DNA of 64,000 bases from an uncultured virus (IMG/VR IMGVR_UViG_3300044699_000033). Its lineage: Duplodnaviria > Heunggongvirae > Uroviricota > Caudoviricetes. The position numbers and the translations under genes were made by a program. Under the pieces are notes generated by a model. It ran no database searches. It worked only from the letters and a program-made list of their open reading frames with translations, and was not told the DNA's origin. This document shows positions 59,932 through 64,000 of the stretch, piece after piece (position 1 is the first letter of the stretch; the number at the start of each line of letters is the position of its first letter). Location of the stretch: IMG/VR virus record IMGVR_UViG_3300044699_000033, one strand, 5' to 3'.

Positions 59932-62157
59932 TTATAACAGAGAACGTGGTTTTTGACCCTTTCTAGGAATAGTAGGTCTAATACCTCCACCTATCATACT
60001 TATAGGTCTCTTTATGATTTGTACAGGATTCTTTTCCTGCACTTCACTTCTTCTTATTATTGCACCATTATTCTGGTGCACCTTTGCTATGAGCACTGCT
60101 GCTGCAAGAGATATAAACCTATCATAGTTACCACTCTTGTCATTATACTGTATCAACTCTTCCAGTGACCAGTAATCATCCATCCTGTCAACTCCTTTGA
60201 GTGTTCTTATTATCTGCCCATCAGCTCCTTCTACAGTACCATATTCAGCCAGTAAATACTCTCTTAAATAAGTCTTTAGGAGCTTTCCCATCTCATTGTG
60301 GGGAGATATAACAAAGCCAAACTTTGTCTTAGCATCCATATTATTATAGTTCATATCCTTGAAGATGGGGATATGTGACTCCTTTGCAAGATGTAGCTCA
60401 GCTTTTCCTAGCCTTTGCAGGTAGTTTATGAAGTTTGGTTTAGATCTTTCTGCAAGTCCAAAAGCATTATACATCTTCATTAAAAGCCAACCTTGGTGAT
60501 TTGTTGCTTCTGTTGTATTGAATCTGCCTCTATAGGTAGCAACCACCTTATCACCTTCTATTCTTTTCTTAATCTTACCTTTTTCCTCATATTCAACTTC
60601 CACTACAGTTTTGAATATATCTATAGAAAACACTGAATCAGAAGTAGTAGTTTCATCTGCCTCTACAGAGTCAATTCCTGCAAAGTATGTAAAGAACTTA
60701 GCACCTTTATCAGGTGGTTCATATATTGTAACAAGTCCTCTTTTATCAGGCCATTCTTTCTTAATAGGATATTGATGTTCTGGAGGCCAAGGCATTGGAG
60801 TATATAATTCCACTTCTCCTCTTACATTCTCTCTGAGAAGACCTTTCTGAGGTTTGTATTCCCATCTGTCTTCTCTTGTCTTTAATTCAATCCTTGCCTG
60901 CTGATTTTCCATCAAATCCACTGGAAAATAACTTACATCTCTGTGCTTGAAGGCATCATCTAAGAATATAGGGTGCTGAGATATTTCAAGCTGGTAGTCT
61001 GACCTTGATACTTTTGGGTCATCTTTTATCTGTGCATGGAACTTCTTAAGGTACTCATATGCTTCTTCTATCTTAGAATTACCATATTCATCTATATATC
61101 CAGGCATTCCCCAGTGTTCGGGAATGTAGCAGCCTACAAGTGTAGGAACTCTATCTTTTGTAACCCATGTAGAGTTTACAGCTAAGAACCTATTAGATGT
61201 AGGTGCATACATATAATCTTTCAAAGGGATACAATCTTTCAAATCACCTACAGAACCTGCTGCAATGAACATACCTGTGGTATGTATACCACTCTCTGTG
61301 GCTGGTCTGAATGCTCCATAGGTAGTATTTAGCTTTGGTGCAATACCTGCTTCCTCATGGTAACCATAAGAAGTAGCACCACCAACTCCATTAAAAGGAG
61401 ATGTTTTCAAAGAGTGACCTGAAAGTGTAGACATTCTACCTTTATACATCTTTCTACCATTCACTTTAACTTCCCATCTTTGCTGCCATGCAAATTCTTC
61501 ATCAGGAAGGTTTGGTCTATACCAGTCAGTATGTTCATTAAGAAAATCTCTGTACTTATTAAAGAACTTCCATATGCCTTTTTCAATATTGATAAAGCTT
61601 GCATCTGAAGCAAATATTTTACAAACAGAGTTTTTGTCAAACCAATACTTGTTTATAACCTTTGCACAATGCAATAGAGAAGACATCATCTGCCTTTTCT
61701 TTGTCAGAATTGCATGTCTGTGATGTACTTCTGCTCTTTTCTCATAAAGAGAAAGATGATATTGAATATCTCTTACATCAGGAAATGTATCTTTGTTATC
61801 CTTTTCCTTATTAGCAATTCTACCATAATTAAGAACAAAGTAGTAATCTCTTGTAAGATACCATTCAGTTTTCTTACCTTTTACAATAACACCTCTTACA
61901 GACTTTTCTCCTTCTAATGTCCAGAACTCTTTTCTCTCCCTAGACTTTCTGGGAAGGTCTGTATAATAGCCATGTTCATCAAAGAATCTACCTTTCTCAT
62001 TAAACCATAAAGAATCTTCATCAAACTTATAGTCACATTCATCACTCCATTTATCATCTAGGAATTCTGCAAATGCTTCTTGGCTTGAGAAATCAGTATA
62101 TGTCCATGTTTCAGTGGCACAATCAAAAGTTGGTATTTGTTTAAATGGTACAAACAT
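59932..62157 (-). CDS. terL: Terminase large subunit
   Basis: ILTKKRQMMSS (Walker A-like), YHEEAG (Walker B), AAGSVG, FAGIDS nuclease motif, GNYDR. Confidence 0.9.
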   Translation of the reverse strand: MFVPFKQIPTFDCATETWTYTDFSSQEAFAEFLDDKWSDECDYKFDEDSLWFNEKGRFFDEHGYYTDLPRKSRERKEFWTLEGEKSVRGVIVKGKKTEWYLTRDYYFVLNYGRIANKEKDNKDTFPDVRDIQYHLSLYEKRAEVHHRHAILTKKRQMMSSLLHCAKVINKYWFDKNSVCKIFASDASFINIEKGIWKFFNKYRDFLNEHTDWYRPNLPDEEFAWQQRWEVKVNGRKMYKGRMSTLSGHSLKTSPFNGVGGATSYGYHEEAGIAPKLNTTYGAFRPATESGIHTTGMFIAAGSVGDLKDCIPLKDYMYAPTSNRFLAVNSTWVTKDRVPTLVGCYIPEHWGMPGYIDEYGNSKIEEAYEYLKKFHAQIKDDPKVSRSDYQLEISQHPIFLDDAFKHRDVSYFPVDLMENQQARIELKTREDRWEYKPQKGLLRENVRGEVELYTPMPWPPEHQYPIKKEWPDKRGLVTIYEPPDKGAKFFTYFAGIDSVEADETTTSDSVFSIDIFKTVVEVEYEEKGKIKKRIEGDKVVATYRGRFNTTEATNHQGWLLMKMYNAFGLAERSKPNFINYLQRLGKAELHLAKESHIPIFKDMNYNNMDAKTKFGFVISPHNEMGKLLKTYLREYLLAEYGTVEGADGQIIRTLKGVDRMDDYWSLEELIQYNDKSGNYDRFISLAAAVLIAKVHQNNGAIIRRSEVQEKNPVQIIKRPISMIGGGIRPTIPRKGQKPRSLL

Positions 62158-62690
62158 TAGTAGTCTTGGTCTTCATCTTCAGCAAGTTCTCCTCCACCTC
62201 TGGTTTTTCCACTTCCTTGCTCTTCTTCAAAGTCTTTAAAGGCTATTTTGAAGCTTTTTCTTATGGATTCATAATCTTTAAAAAATCCTTTTATTACAGC
62301 AGCATTTCCATCTTTATCAAGGTCAAGTTCCGTAGTGAGCATTTTATCACTTATTCTGTCAAACATTGCCTTATATCCTTTATAAGCTTTGTAAAAAGAG
62401 GTACAATAAATTTCCTCTACACAATGTAAAGCATCTTTAATGGTTTGATTCTCTACATCTATATTCAGTTTCATATTAAAGAGGATTATATCTGCTCTTT
62501 TTCCTAAGTCAACATCGGCATAAGGGTTATCAAGAGGGTTCATACTATTCATATAATGTAGGAAAGCAATTATCTTAAGGTAATCTTTGGAGTATTCTTC
62601 CTTCACTCTTACCAAAGGAGCCATTAATGAACAGTGTTCATTGGGTATTATAGTATCTCCTATTAAATCAAATATCTTTCCTAGTGCCAT
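62157..62690 (-). CDS. Hypothetical protein, possible terminase small subunit
   Basis: Immediately upstream of terL; helical; C-terminal RGG. Confidence 0.4.
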   Translation of the reverse strand: MALGKIFDLIGDTIIPNEHCSLMAPLVRVKEEYSKDYLKIIAFLHYMNSMNPLDNPYADVDLGKRADIILFNMKLNIDVENQTIKDALHCVEEIYCTSFYKAYKGYKAMFDRISDKMLTTELDLDKDGNAAVIKGFFKDYESIRKSFKIAFKDFEEEQGSGKTRGGGELAEDEDQDY

Positions 62691-62700
62691 ATTGGTTGGT

Positions 62701-63096
62701 TTATTCTATAGTTAGTCTTTCTGGTATAACTTCATAGTAAAAATCAGGAAAAAGAGTACGACATGGCATAAATCCACCTTGATTATCACGATGTTCCATC
62801 ATATATTTATAAGCTTTCTCACAAAAATCATAATACATTTTCTGCAAATCAGTGAATTCTTCAGGCCATGTTTCCTGACAAAATATAACAGACTCAGGAT
62901 CTGGGCAGGTGGCAGCAAATCTATTCTTTATCATGTATTTTCTTCTGCCTCTGACAATCTTAGTCTTGGATTGTCCTATAAATATACCAAGACTCTTTTT
63001 ATCAAATAATTTATCAACAGGATGCTTTTTATTTATGTCTTCAATAGCATCTTTTACATACTGTGGTGTTGTTCCAATTGAATCATTTGTAGACAT
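62701..63096 (-). CDS. Hypothetical protein
   Basis: 131-aa ORF with AAAACCAAC upstream motif. Confidence 0.55.
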   Translation of the reverse strand: MSTNDSIGTTPQYVKDAIEDINKKHPVDKLFDKKSLGIFIGQSKTKIVRGRRKYMIKNRFAATCPDPESVIFCQETWPEEFTDLQKMYYDFCEKAYKYMMEHRDNQGGFMPCRTLFPDFYYEVIPERLTIE

Positions 63097-63466
63097 TATC
63101 GTTGGTTTTAATATTTTTAAGTTGTTCTAATTTTCTGAGTTTCAAATCTTTACCTCTTAAATTGTCCTTATTGTGAAGAAAGATGATAAGAGAATCTATC
63201 ATATGTTGAACAAGTACCTCTTGATCTGTGCCAAACCATTTGTCTCTTAGCCCTATAATATCTTGTTCAAGGTTTGTAGTTCTGGTAAAAGCATATCTAT
63301 TTTTCTCTCTTTTATAAAACCCATCTCCAAATATATTGATAGGTTCAGCTTCTTTAATTTTCTGTGCAGCTTTGAGAATATCTTCTTTGCTAATTCCAGC
63401 AAATAAATCTCTGTATTCTCCCTTTTCAAGGAAATTATCCATATCAGCAGGATCATCTGTAAACAT
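63083..63466 (-). CDS. Hypothetical protein
   Basis: 127-aa ORF, tightly packed. Confidence 0.55.
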   Translation of the reverse strand: MFTDDPADMDNFLEKGEYRDLFAGISKEDILKAAQKIKEAEPINIFGDGFYKREKNRYAFTRTTNLEQDIIGLRDKWFGTDQEVLVQHMIDSLIIFLHNKDNLRGKDLKLRKLEQLKNIKTNDNVYK

Positions 63467-63467
63467 A

Positions 63468-64000
63468 TTAGTTGGTTTTTAGTGTTTTAAGCATATCTAT
63501 CACCTCTTTCTTTCTGTAGGGAAGTTCTATTTGCTTTTCCATCTTCACTTTAGGCTTACCATCATACAGAATTGGGAACCCTTCTTCATCTCTTTCCAAA
63601 GGACACCATTCTAAAATGATGGTTCCAGGTTTCATTCTACCTGCATTAGCCTTACATAAGAGGTACATATATAAAGACATCTTCAGGCTGTATATATTAC
63701 CATTGCAGTTATCAAGGTGTTGTACAGGAGGTAAAAGCTTTTCAGCCTTTTGGAATGGATTAGAGTAGGCTTTAAATTCTATCTCTTTATCTGTCTTGTA
63801 GTCATAGATGTGAATTCTATTATTCTCAACTATCACTTTGTCAGATTGACCACATATCATATGCTCTATATCATATATCATGAATTCAGGATAGACAACC
63901 CCATTCTCTACTTCAGATACAGGTAATGCCCATTTGAAGCCATTTTCAACAGAACAAGATTTGTGCTTTAACTTTTCCTTACCAAACTCAAAATACTCTT
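63468..64000 (-). CDS. PD-(D/E)xK family exonuclease (5' part outside the window)
   Basis: YPEFMIY...ICGQSDKV...IYDYKT...YSLKMSLY motifs; frame open to the window edge. Confidence 0.8.
   Translation of the reverse strand, partial: EYFEFGKEKLKHKSCSVENGFKWALPVSEVENGVVYPEFMIYDIEHMICGQSDKVIVENNRIHIYDYKTDKEIEFKAYSNPFQKAEKLLPPVQHLDNCNGNIYSLKMSLYMYLLCKANAGRMKPGTIILEWCPLERDEEGFPILYDGKPKVKMEKQIELPYRKKEVIDMLKTLKTN

Noticed and set aside
4947..63130. Numerous plus-strand ORFs of 60-120 aa
   Set aside because: They are antisense shadows of minus-strand genes or tRNAs, with no motifs or plus-strand promoter context.

Overview
A 64-kb segment of a large Crassvirales-like (crAss/phi14:2-type) podophage infecting Bacteroidota, with essentially all genes on the minus strand. 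Right to left it holds: PD-(D/E)xK nuclease, terminase large subunit, portal, scaffold, major capsid and head/ring proteins, Cys-rich and Ser-Gly-Tyr-repeat fibre proteins, a 7.7-kb tRNA island (27 tRNAs), tail ring/tube/muzzle genes, ejected cargo proteins, a giant virion RNA polymerase (DFDYD motif), a giant zincin-motif protein and a very long SGY-repeat fibre. Frameshifts cluster at about 1-14.5 kb and 39.6-46 kb and look like long-read errors. Main discovery: the tRNA island is split into three groups, each preceded by a 25-26-codon leader ORF and alternative antiterminator/terminator hairpins. Each leader carries a run of 11-13 consecutive codons for exactly the amino acids served by its downstream tRNAs (L/S/Y; M/I/V/D/N/R-AGA/G/E/A/K; R-CGT/H/T/W/F/C/P/Q), together covering all 20 amino acids. 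The third leader needs one base removed to be in frame. This suggests a phage ribosome-dependent attenuation system that transcribes tRNAs on demand. Other candidates: a minimal HDV-like ribozyme after the capsid gene, an amber suppressor tRNA next to a PTH2-like gene with TAG at codon 3, 8/4-fold tRNA-Ser and tRNA-Asp, and short-arm tRNA-Leu. All product calls come from motifs and synteny read by eye; no searches were run.
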